Origin: a phage
Reading direction: 5' to 3' (one strand)
Length of the DNA: 64,000 bases
Sequence record: NC_100372.1
Position 1 is the stretch's first letter, and every line of letters begins with the position of its first letter. Below, one piece after another: positions 1 to 7,754 of the stretch. The translations under genes and the position numbers were made by a program. The notes under the pieces are model-generated. The model was not told where the DNA came from and did no database searches. It saw only the letters and a program-made list of their open reading frames with translations.

Positions 1-1983
1 TTATTTGATGTTATTCTTTGTATCAATCAGTTCACGGTATTCAATCATAGCAGGAGTGTCCCAATATTTCAAGCCTACATGCTTCAAAAGTGGATATTTC
101 TTTTCCAATCTTGCAATATAGGCCTTCCCGCACTTAACCCGGTTGGCGATTAAGATTTTGGCACGATGATTTAGCTCACCGTACTTCCACGTGGTGCTAC
201 CTTCCCACTTGTGGAAATGTGGCCGATAACTTCCAAAATCCTGCATGGGGATAATTTTACCTAACTGTCTGTACAGGCTGTCATATGAAGTTTCATTTGC
301 TGCGCGAGTTAGTAAGAATTTCCAAGCATCCTCTTTCAACAAATGTTCCACATTCTTCTCTGTAACATATTGGCAATCAGGATCAGTCCAAAGCAGACGA
401 GATTCCGACACCAGGTACAGATCTTCCCCTTCAGGAATCTGGAGTGCCGAACGCACACGGTCATAATCTTGCTGGTAGATGTTGCTCATCTGCCCTAGCC
501 AACAACTTCCGCGTTGGATATCCCCCTCATACGGTATGCAGTGCTTAATCTTCCTGAACTCTGCCTTAGTAATACGCTCACGCCGGAAGTAACCATCCTT
601 CTCAAGTTTTTTAACCCAATAACCTGGTTCGTAACGGGTTTTGGTTTCACCTTTCTTCGTAGGTCGGCGTGGAAGCTCCGATAACAATTTGACCGTATCT
701 GCAAAAAACGGATGGTGTGCCGCCTCTTTAAACTCTTTCACCAGATCCGTGTTCCGGCAATAGAAAACATTGCGTCCGGTAATCTCGCTTAAGTAGTTAC
801 ATTTATTCCGGTTGTATTTTCCGTCTCCGTCGTTAAATACTAAATAGACTCCCCGTAGGAATTCTACCTTTCCGTAACAAGCGTAGCCTATGCGGCCTTT
901 GTTTAAGCCACCTGCGAAGATCTCGCAGTCTCCCAAATTCCCTAGCCCTGTTTCTTCCCAGCGGTCATACATAAAATTCTTACCGAAGATGTGCCCGAAC
1001 ACTCCGCTGTTCTTCATCATCTCGCGTGCTTCTGAGGATGTTTTTGCTGTCTCCAATTCTGCAACAACTTCTGCTCCACGAAGGCGAATGCCTTCTTTGA
1101 CAAAAGCTTCCAAACGCTCTTGGAATCCACCATCGTCGTGACCTTCTATGGTCCATTCACGCCCTGGGTTAATATTGCAATCTCCGATAGGGATCTCTAC
1201 ACAAATTGCAGGATAATCTGTTAGTGTCTCCAGGAACTTAGAACGGTAAGGTTGGTGACCCATTACCACACGACTCTCGTCAGAGCTGGTATATCCTTTC
1301 AGGATGGTCATCTTCCAACCATCTTTTTCATAATAATACTGCGCCTCTACTTTGTCTCCCTCCAGCATCTTGCTCGTCATCGGATCGGTGACAGTGAACG
1401 GAAATTTTGCATAGCGCAGGCATGATGCAATAGCAGTGCGATATTTCAGAACATGCTCTTTCTTAACATGAAACTGAACTTTTACCCCGTTGTGATCTTC
1501 AGTCTTCCGCTCACGGATCTTGGTGACATTTGGGATACCCTGGTCCAAGAACAATAGGTATGTGCTTTCCACACCGTTGTGCACACTGATTACATCGAAA
1601 GTGTCCACCATGCTGAACGGGGCCTTTGAACCAACACCTTTATTGCCTACCAGAGCGTTGCTGTTGCGCTTGGTTGACTCACCGAGGTTCATGAAAGTGT
1701 TACGGACCATCTCTTCTGACATGCCTAATCCAACGTCCTGCACAAAGAAGTATGGTTCAAGGTCTGTAGGAGAGTGAATGATGATCGGTACATCACCTCG
1801 TCCAGACTCAACATGGGAGTCCACAGCATTGAAGATTGGTTCACGGCAGCTTGCCAGTACCTTATCTTCATAAATCCCTTTGATGATTAGCCCAAAAGTC
1901 TCTTTGTTCAGAGAAATTGATCCCCTGGTTACCTCCATATTCCCAGTTAGCACCGCTTTAGTTTCATTGCTGTTTACAATCAT
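1..1983 (-). CDS. GHKL (Bergerat-fold) ATPase domain protein, possibly rIIA-like
   Basis: 660 aa ORF. N-terminal third carries GHKL motifs in order: E-x3-NAxD (REPIFNAVDS), DxGxG (QDVGLGM), GxxGxG (GNKGVGSKA). C-terminal two thirds not recognised. Stop TAA at 1-3; start ATG overlaps upstream gene stop (ATGA). Confidence 0.5.
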   Translation of the reverse strand: MIVNSNETKAVLTGNMEVTRGSISLNKETFGLIIKGIYEDKVLASCREPIFNAVDSHVESGRGDVPIIIHSPTDLEPYFFVQDVGLGMSEEMVRNTFMNLGESTKRNSNALVGNKGVGSKAPFSMVDTFDVISVHNGVESTYLLFLDQGIPNVTKIRERKTEDHNGVKVQFHVKKEHVLKYRTAIASCLRYAKFPFTVTDPMTSKMLEGDKVEAQYYYEKDGWKMTILKGYTSSDESRVVMGHQPYRSKFLETLTDYPAICVEIPIGDCNINPGREWTIEGHDDGGFQERLEAFVKEGIRLRGAEVVAELETAKTSSEAREMMKNSGVFGHIFGKNFMYDRWEETGLGNLGDCEIFAGGLNKGRIGYACYGKVEFLRGVYLVFNDGDGKYNRNKCNYLSEITGRNVFYCRNTDLVKEFKEAAHHPFFADTVKLLSELPRRPTKKGETKTRYEPGYWVKKLEKDGYFRRERITKAEFRKIKHCIPYEGDIQRGSCWLGQMSNIYQQDYDRVRSALQIPEGEDLYLVSESRLLWTDPDCQYVTEKNVEHLLKEDAWKFLLTRAANETSYDSLYRQLGKIIPMQDFGSYRPHFHKWEGSTTWKYGELNHRAKILIANRVKCGKAYIARLEKKYPLLKHVGLKYWDTPAMIEYRELIDTKNNIK

Positions 1984-2480
1984 TTATTGCGCTCCTTGTA
2001 GTAGATATGGCTCCCGAATTGAGCTGTCCTCTGCATCTTTTTTGCCCATTTCGGTCGCACTTTTGTTGTATGGTAGTGTGTTGCTCCACCTGTTATATCC
2101 ATAGCCATGTATGCAACATGGTTGTTATTATAGACCTTTAGAAGCATCTTTGCAAGACTTTTAGCGTGATCCCATGAATCTTTTTCTGTCACCTTAAAAG
2201 TTTTGCCGTGGTTTGTCCACGAAAACTGGTTAGGTTGGTAGACAATCTTTCTTATAGTGTCTGGGTATTTGGGGTGAGATTTCCTGTTTAGTGTGGCAAA
2301 CCCAGATGCCAGCATACCCATCGTGCCATCCCCTCTAGCCTCCCTGTAGATATTGCATGCCAGAATGTTTTCCTTAGTATCCGACGGCTTGCAGGTGTGA
2401 TATACTTTTTGTTTTGGTGCTGCAACAACAGGCAGCGATAAAAATGCGCTCAAAATAATAGCAAAGATCTTAGTTTTCAC
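1980..2480 (-). CDS. secreted cell-wall hydrolase, SleB/CwlJ-like (Hydrolase_2-type) domain
   Basis: 166 aa. N-terminal signal-peptide-like segment (MKTKIFAIILSAFLSLPVVAAP), then NIYREARG motif typical of SleB/CwlJ-type hydrolases. GTG start with SD TGGAG 5 nt upstream; 4-nt overlap with downstream GHKL gene. Confidence 0.55.
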   Translation of the reverse strand: MKTKIFAIILSAFLSLPVVAAPKQKVYHTCKPSDTKENILACNIYREARGDGTMGMLASGFATLNRKSHPKYPDTIRKIVYQPNQFSWTNHGKTFKVTEKDSWDHAKSLAKMLLKVYNNNHVAYMAMDITGGATHYHTTKVRPKWAKKMQRTAQFGSHIYYKERNK

Positions 2481-2490
2481 AATAGCTCCA

Positions 2491-2516
2491 AATAGAAAAT
2501 CCCCGCCGAAGCGGGG
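2491..2516 (-). terminator. intrinsic terminator-like hairpin (RNA CCCCGC-UUCG-GCGGGG then U-rich tract)
   Basis: Perfect 6-bp GC stem with UUCG tetraloop on the minus-strand transcript followed by AUUUUCUAUUU; lies between stop of 2530..2910 and the RBS of 1980..2480. Confidence 0.5.
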
Positions 2517-2529
2517 TGTGTCTTAGAAA

Positions 2530-2910
2530 TTAATCGTAGTGTGCCAAAATCTCTCCATCGTTGCAAGTCCCCTCTACGAAGTTGTGAAGATTCATGCATT
2601 CATCTTGATAGAAGAATTTACCGCTTTTCAGCCGTAGACCAAACAACTCCGCATCTCCACGATGGCAAGCCTCTACAAGTTCATAGATTTCATACGGTAA
2701 CTCTCCATCGTCATGGAAGAACCCCGCTTTATCGTTGACATAGATGAAGAAATAGTCACTGCTGTCGCAAGCGTCCAGTATTTTAAACCAGATTTCATCC
2801 ACATCTTTTTCTCGGATATCGATCACACAAGTGGAGCTGCATTCGTACTCCTTCTCCGGCTCCTCGGTCAATACCACCAAGTAGTTTCCCCGCTTACCTA
2901 CTTTAGCCAT
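2530..2910 (-). CDS. hypothetical protein
   Basis: 126 aa ORF, tightly packed in the minus-strand early operon; no recognisable motif. Confidence 0.45.
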   Translation of the reverse strand: MAKVGKRGNYLVVLTEEPEKEYECSSTCVIDIREKDVDEIWFKILDACDSSDYFFIYVNDKAGFFHDDGELPYEIYELVEACHRGDAELFGLRLKSGKFFYQDECMNLHNFVEGTCNDGEILAHYD

Positions 2911-2919
2911 ACAACCTCC

Positions 2920-4104
2920 TCAAGCTTTAGCTAAAATGGCGCTAAACTCTTCACCAAACTCTTTTACAATCTTCATCAGGTTTGGGTATGCTTTGATCAG
3001 CTGAGCAACGATCTTGTCCCTGCCTTTACCAATAAGTAAGGCATTTCCTAAGGCGTTAGGTTTCATCATCGCCATAAAGACTGAGAATACAAAGTCTCGG
3101 TTCTCATCCTTGAAATTTTCCCAAAGGAAATCAAGGAAGTTTGCCACACAGCTGACAAGATCTTCGTCGGAGATACTTGCATTTTCCATCATATTACGAA
3201 TAGCGATACAACCTTCTGACCCCAGAATCCACAAGATGTCTGGCTGCTTAGGACCTACATATTCTTTGCAGCCTCCTGCCATAATCCGACCGATTTCTGG
3301 CAAGTTTCGTTTCTTGGTGTGGTAGGTCCAAATTTCTACCGCTGCAGTGTGACCAATTGCACCTTGTAGAAGGACACGGGCCATAGCGTCAGAAATAATA
3401 CCGCTGTCAAAATCGTGCAGGATGTCAGATGCAGCAACCCAAGATCGCGGTGTGGCAAAAGATGGACAATTAATCTCAGCCATGGCCTCATAATTATCAA
3501 TGGCTGATGGGACTCTTTTCAGATATCCAATTACAGAGGAGTGAACCCCATTAAGGAATGCGTAGTCCTCAATAAACACCTCTGCATTGCTTGTAACTTC
3601 TACAATAATAAAGCGGTTAGCTAGAGGAGCTTCGAGCGCCGAAAGAACAGCACCATCTGTAGCACGGTTACCTGCAGCTACAAAAACAGAACCCTTAGGA
3701 AATGCATAGGTACCGCACTTGTGGTCGAGCATAATTTGCATTGCAACCTTCTGCAGGTAGTTATCCGCATGAGTAAGCTCGTCTAGAAAGATAATTCCGC
3801 TCCAGTCCGGATCTGCAGGCCAAAATTCTGGAATTGCAAACACTGTACGTGTAGTCCCATCCGACTCCACAGGGATAGGCAGTCCAGATAAGTCAGCAGG
3901 ATCTTTATCTGACAACCGCACGTCAACCAGGTTGTCATCTCGCTCACCGAACATATTATCAGCAATCTGCTTCATCACCTGGCTCTTCCCCACACCCATC
4001 GGTCCTAAAATCAGGACAGATCGATTATGACGCTGGGCAAATTGAATAATAGCTGGCAACTCGCGGACAGTGATTTGACCACTTTCGAATACGTTTCTTG
4101 ACAT
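2920..4104 (-). CDS. MoxR/CobS-like AAA+ ATPase
   Basis: 394 aa. Walker A GPMGVGKS, Walker B-like IIFLDELT; size and layout fit MoxR/CobS-family AAA+ proteins. Confidence 0.65.
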   Translation of the reverse strand: MSRNVFESGQITVRELPAIIQFAQRHNRSVLILGPMGVGKSQVMKQIADNMFGERDDNLVDVRLSDKDPADLSGLPIPVESDGTTRTVFAIPEFWPADPDWSGIIFLDELTHADNYLQKVAMQIMLDHKCGTYAFPKGSVFVAAGNRATDGAVLSALEAPLANRFIIVEVTSNAEVFIEDYAFLNGVHSSVIGYLKRVPSAIDNYEAMAEINCPSFATPRSWVAASDILHDFDSGIISDAMARVLLQGAIGHTAAVEIWTYHTKKRNLPEIGRIMAGGCKEYVGPKQPDILWILGSEGCIAIRNMMENASISDEDLVSCVANFLDFLWENFKDENRDFVFSVFMAMMKPNALGNALLIGKGRDKIVAQLIKAYPNLMKIVKEFGEEFSAILAKA

Positions 4105-4373
4105 TAGTAAAAGTCCTCTACTTGTGTGTAAGTGTTTTCAAAGTTTTCCAAAACAGACATCACATCGGATCTGTCAATATCATACGCAACTCTCCAGCCA
4201 TATGCAACCCTTTCTGCTGTTGCCTCTTCTGGCGCTAGTCGTCTGCTGGCATAAAAGAGTGTTGGAGTACACTTTCTTGCTTGCCCTCTAACTTTCCCAT
4301 AATAATATCTGTGAATATCTTTGTCAAAATTTAATTCTTTTTCTGCACGAAGTTCGTACTGCTGGTATAACAT
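4104..4373 (-). CDS. hypothetical protein
   Basis: 89 aa ORF, 1-nt overlap with downstream ATPase gene, same operon. Confidence 0.4.
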   Translation of the reverse strand: MLYQQYELRAEKELNFDKDIHRYYYGKVRGQARKCTPTLFYASRRLAPEEATAERVAYGWRVAYDIDRSDVMSVLENFENTYTQVEDFY

Positions 4374-4417
4374 CTCTACTGCTCCTTAAGCAGCATCCTT
4401 GCCGCCATCCCTACCCA

Positions 4418-4798
4418 CTAAAATGCAGTCCGAATCCAGACAAGGTTCTTATCTGCCCAATCATAGAGGCAAGTCATTGCACTATTGAATTGCTCACACG
4501 GAGGATAATCTTCTTCCATCTTGCGCATAGCAGAGCCTTGTGGGTAAAGCTCCCGTGCTGCAAACCACGCGTCGTAGTCATCAACGGTATCGAAGTAGTA
4601 TACAACCTCCTCCAACTCAGGATCGAACTTTGAACTATCAGGATCCAGCTGTTCAGGGAACTTGGAGCGTAACTTGCCAGCCACAATACTTGCCAACTCG
4701 CTAACATGCTTGTTGTCCCACTCTACCAGTTTCCCGTCTTCAGTTATGCGTCCTAACCACTGATCATGAAGGTCAACTGTTGTCTTCCACTGGGCCAT
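4418..4798 (-). CDS. hypothetical protein
   Basis: 126 aa ORF, acidic, in operon context. Confidence 0.45.
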   Translation of the reverse strand: MAQWKTTVDLHDQWLGRITEDGKLVEWDNKHVSELASIVAGKLRSKFPEQLDPDSSKFDPELEEVVYYFDTVDDYDAWFAARELYPQGSAMRKMEEDYPPCEQFNSAMTCLYDWADKNLVWIRTAF

Positions 4799-4800
4799 TA

Positions 4801-5058
4801 TCAGTCTACCTCTTCTTCTCGTTGCAGTTCAAGATACCCATAGGTCTGGATATCTTCAAAGGTGTGGAACTCTCCATCTGCCGCTAAGGCACGGACAACC
4901 TGGCATAGAGTTTTATAAGGTACTTTCTCCAAACCCAGATTCAGCGCAGGAAAAACCTTATCTAAGTCAACAAAATATACAAACTGTAGCTCACCAGTTT
5001 CAAAAGGCGTATCTTCGATAAACATCTTCTCGGCATTAGTTAAGATTTGCACTTTCAT
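4801..5058 (-). CDS. hypothetical protein
   Basis: 85 aa ORF in operon context. Confidence 0.4.
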   Translation of the reverse strand: MKVQILTNAEKMFIEDTPFETGELQFVYFVDLDKVFPALNLGLEKVPYKTLCQVVRALAADGEFHTFEDIQTYGYLELQREEEVD

Positions 5059-5414
5059 TATTCTGCCTCCTCTTCTTTTTCTTCAGCATTAGTTTCAGTA
5101 CCACCCCACTCTGGAGTTTCCACCTCGACAGTAAACTCACGCACTACACGGTAATTGCCCATGAAGCGCTCCACTTCTTCAAGGCTTATGGAGAGGCCAT
5201 TGGCAACCAAGTCTGCAGCACCCTTCTCTACCAGGTAGTCCAGATTGGCTTCCAAGGCTTCAGGCTCAAACCCTGTCAATGCAATCATATAACCTTCCCC
5301 TTCATCAGGGAGGGCAATACAGCCCAACTGATTTTCTTTAAAAAAGCAGTGACCATCACTATTGATTGGTTGCTCATTGCAGTAAATAGCTGCACGATAA
5401 GTAACTTTAGACAT
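5058..5414 (-). CDS. hypothetical protein (acidic C-terminus)
   Basis: 118 aa ORF. Its first 24 nt (ATGTCTAAAGTTACTTATCGTGCA) are repeated exactly, in inverted orientation, inside the plus-strand gene at 7257-7280. Confidence 0.5.
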   Translation of the reverse strand: MSKVTYRAAIYCNEQPINSDGHCFFKENQLGCIALPDEGEGYMIALTGFEPEALEANLDYLVEKGAADLVANGLSISLEEVERFMGNYRVVREFTVEVETPEWGGTETNAEEKEEEAE

Positions 5415-5426
5415 TGATAGGCCTCC

Positions 5427-5705
5427 TTAGGCAACTGTCATTTTACATTCTTGAAATTTTAGCACAAGACGGTGATTGTGTCTAGTGTCTAAAAAGATTT
5501 TTTCAACCATCAGGCACACGGTATAACCGTCTGTCTTGTTGACAACAAAATCCCCAGGGTGAGGGAGAATGTCCCCAGGATTGGGGAAACATAACCCGCT
5601 CAAGAAGGCATCATCGGTGGTGGACTTAATGGATTTCCACACACTATCTGCCTGAACATTCTCACCAACATAATATACACTACCACATGACTTCATCATA
5701 GTCAA
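5427..5705 (-). CDS. hypothetical protein
   Basis: 92 aa ORF; 4-nt overlap with upstream gene. Confidence 0.4.
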   Translation of the reverse strand: MTMMKSCGSVYYVGENVQADSVWKSIKSTTDDAFLSGLCFPNPGDILPHPGDFVVNKTDGYTVCLMVEKIFLDTRHNHRLVLKFQECKMTVA

Positions 5706-6601
5706 ATCTCCGCGTAAATTAAACTGGAATCAGTATACTTCTTTAGTGGGTAAATATCCTGTCCATAGATGCCGTCATTAAACACCTCATCTACCCAAAG
5801 GCTACACTTATATCCCATCATCTCTAAAACACCCATCTCTTCTTCGGTAAACTTATCACCGCTCTTGCAAGATGTCAACACCTCATTCTGTACTCTTGCT
5901 ACCTCGAAGCGATTATTGGCAATATCGCTATTGGCGATCAAATACTCACCTAAAGGGTGTGCGGCATTAAAGATGCACAGTGGGCGGTTGACGTAATAGT
6001 CTCCAGGTGTATAAAAATTATTGAGGTCTTTCACTAGGACATTCTTATCAGTCACTTCATTTATAACATCATGCATATCGCACATCTTTATATGTTTGAG
6101 GATTCCATCCCCCATCACAAAATAAAAACTTGCTGAGACACTCTCGGCATAGATCTTACTAGATCCGTTGTAGTTGTATTTTACTCGGATGCTAACGGGG
6201 GTTTTTCCTGTCGCGTTAGCCATCATCCAAAGAAATGGCAGCTCATACTTCTCCTCTGAGGAAACAAAAGGTGAAGTTGCCAGAGATCGGAAACCTCCAG
6301 AGAAGTTGAAAGTTACAGAACCGCTCCGGCGGTATGATACTGCGTATTCCACTTTTATATCAACATATCCGTTGGAGTAAGTATGCCCTCCATTATCAAG
6401 GTATGTCCACTTATCTGACCCAGATACCAACCTCCGCTCAATTACCTTCATCACTACAGGGATTAGCGGATTAGTACAAACCGATTTTGAAGTAGCTTTA
6501 TCATCCAAAGCCTCGTAAATTGCAGAAAGGATATCACCTGCTGAGAGATTGGTTGTGATATCTTGTTTCCACCTGGTGCTAAAACTGTTAAGATTTGCCA
6601 T
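5702..6601 (-). CDS. hypothetical protein
   Basis: 299 aa ORF, first gene after the minus-strand early promoter; SD AGGAG about 9 nt upstream of ATG. Confidence 0.5.
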   Translation of the reverse strand: MANLNSFSTRWKQDITTNLSAGDILSAIYEALDDKATSKSVCTNPLIPVVMKVIERRLVSGSDKWTYLDNGGHTYSNGYVDIKVEYAVSYRRSGSVTFNFSGGFRSLATSPFVSSEEKYELPFLWMMANATGKTPVSIRVKYNYNGSSKIYAESVSASFYFVMGDGILKHIKMCDMHDVINEVTDKNVLVKDLNNFYTPGDYYVNRPLCIFNAAHPLGEYLIANSDIANNRFEVARVQNEVLTSCKSGDKFTEEEMGVLEMMGYKCSLWVDEVFNDGIYGQDIYPLKKYTDSSLIYAEI

Positions 6602-6641
6602 GAGTAAGTGCTCCTATGTTAGTTTTCTTTTGAATGGGTGC

Positions 6642-6670
6642 ACTATATCTGGGATTTAGAGTAAAGTCAA
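6642..6670 (-). promoter_or_regulatory. sigma70-like promoter, minus strand (TTGACT-17-TATAGT)
   Basis: On minus strand: -35 TTGACT (plus 6665-6670), 17-nt spacer, -10 TATAGT (plus 6642-6647); positioned upstream of 5702..6601. Confidence 0.5.
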
Positions 6671-6683
6671 CACGTTTTTGAGG

Positions 6684-6712
6684 TTGACATCTACCCAGGC
6701 GCTTGGTAAGAT
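6684..6712 (+). promoter_or_regulatory. sigma70-like promoter, plus strand (TTGACA-17-TAAGAT)
   Basis: -35 TTGACA 6684-6689, 17-nt spacer, -10 TAAGAT 6707-6712; back-to-back with the minus-strand promoter. Confidence 0.5.
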
Positions 6713-6743
6713 TTCTCCACCTACAGAGAACAAGAGACAACTC

Positions 6744-7721
6744 ATGAATCTTGAAAAATATTATACACCAGAAGAGTTAGAGCGCTTGCTCAAAAAATAC
6801 AGACGCAAACAGAATAACGCACGGAAACGGGATATAGAGTTCAACCTGTCATGGGAAGAATATCTCCTATTTGGTAAAAAACTTTTAGGAGAGGGAGTAT
6901 GCGACTATACCCTTATACCTTTCGACATGCACACAGATGAAAACGGACTGGGAAATCCTTTCTACCCATCTCTAGAGCGGATAGATGATGAAGGTCCTTA
7001 CGCAATTGATAATTGTTGTGTGGTAGGATTGAGGTGCAACTCTCTGAAGGACTGTCTGGTAGATAAAAAGACTGCAGTCTTGATTAAAGACGAAACTGAT
7101 CGAAAAATTGTCCAGCAGATGATGCTCCACCTGAGCGAAGAGCGTATGGAGAAATTGAAAGGTGATTATACTTTTGAAGATTTCATCTTGCAATATGGAA
7201 CGGAAGAGGATAAACTAGCACTCTTTGACGAAGAAGAGGAGGAAGATATGCTACCTATGTCTAAAGTTACTTATCGTGCACCCAAGAAGCACATTTCTGA
7301 CATTGTAAACGAACCTATCACAGAAGAGATTGAAGAAATGACGCAACAGGTACATGAAGAGGAAAAAGAGACTCAGGAGGTCGAAGAGGGGCTTACAGAA
7401 GAGGTTCCTGCACTACCTGATGATGTTGAGATTGCCAAAGCTTACACCTTCTATTGTCAAACGTTCTACGATGTAGGCATGAAAGTTGATCTGTCGTTCA
7501 GCCAATTTAAGAGCACATACATTCGAAAATGTTGTGCTTTAACTGGTGAGCGTCTCGGGGCCGGACTTAAACCACTATTAGTTACCGACTGGAACAAAGG
7601 TTTCACCAAAGGTAACTTCATGGTGGTATCTCCAATCATGGAAAAAGCTATGACAGACCTTATGAAGACCACCCGCATGACAATGACCGAGTTGGCTGGT
7701 ATTTTCAAGCACGTTAAATAA
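6744..7721 (+). CDS. protein with two degenerate HNH-like (HNH_3-type) modules separated by an acidic linker
   Basis: Track ORF 6678..7721 starts at TTG inside the promoter; ATG at 6744 (MNLEKYY) is the likely start. Module 1: ARKRDIEFNLSWEEY ... CDYTL ... SLERIDDEGPYAIDNCCVVGLRCNSLK; module 2: CALTGERL ... VTDWNKGFTKGNFMVVSPIMEKA. The His of the S-I-D-H-I-D consensus is Arg or absent. Confidence 0.45.
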   Translation: MNLEKYYTPEELERLLKKYRRKQNNARKRDIEFNLSWEEYLLFGKKLLGEGVCDYTLIPFDMHTDENGLGNPFYPSLERIDDEGPYAIDNCCVVGLRCNSLKDCLVDKKTAVLIKDETDRKIVQQMMLHLSEERMEKLKGDYTFEDFILQYGTEEDKLALFDEEEEEDMLPMSKVTYRAPKKHISDIVNEPITEEIEEMTQQVHEEEKETQEVEEGLTEEVPALPDDVEIAKAYTFYCQTFYDVGMKVDLSFSQFKSTYIRKCCALTGERLGAGLKPLLVTDWNKGFTKGNFMVVSPIMEKAMTDLMKTTRMTMTELAGIFKHVK

Positions 7722-7725
7722 TGAC

Positions 7726-7742
7726 AGGGGCCATTGGCCCCT
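7726..7742 (+). other. GC palindrome / stem-loop (GGGGCC-ATT-GGCCCC)
   Basis: Perfect 6-bp GC stem between 6744..7721 and 7755..9215; no clean U-tract follows. Near-identical to the stem of the terminator at 13437-13452. Confidence 0.35.
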
Positions 7743-7754
7743 TCTGGAGTTTTA

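Noticed and set aside
6666-6688. Palindrome GTCAAC-N11-GTTGAC first read as a repressor operator
   Set aside because: The two half-sites coincide exactly with the -35 hexamers of two divergent promoters with optimal 17-nt spacers, which explains the symmetry without invoking a separate operator; a regulator site is not excluded.
6678-6743. Track start (TTG at 6678) for the HNH-like gene, and similar upstream track starts at 7734, 9222, 11591, 12737 and 62332
   Set aside because: The extensions run through promoter elements or lack an RBS, whereas an in-frame ATG further downstream has a good Shine-Dalgarno match; the shorter starts were preferred.
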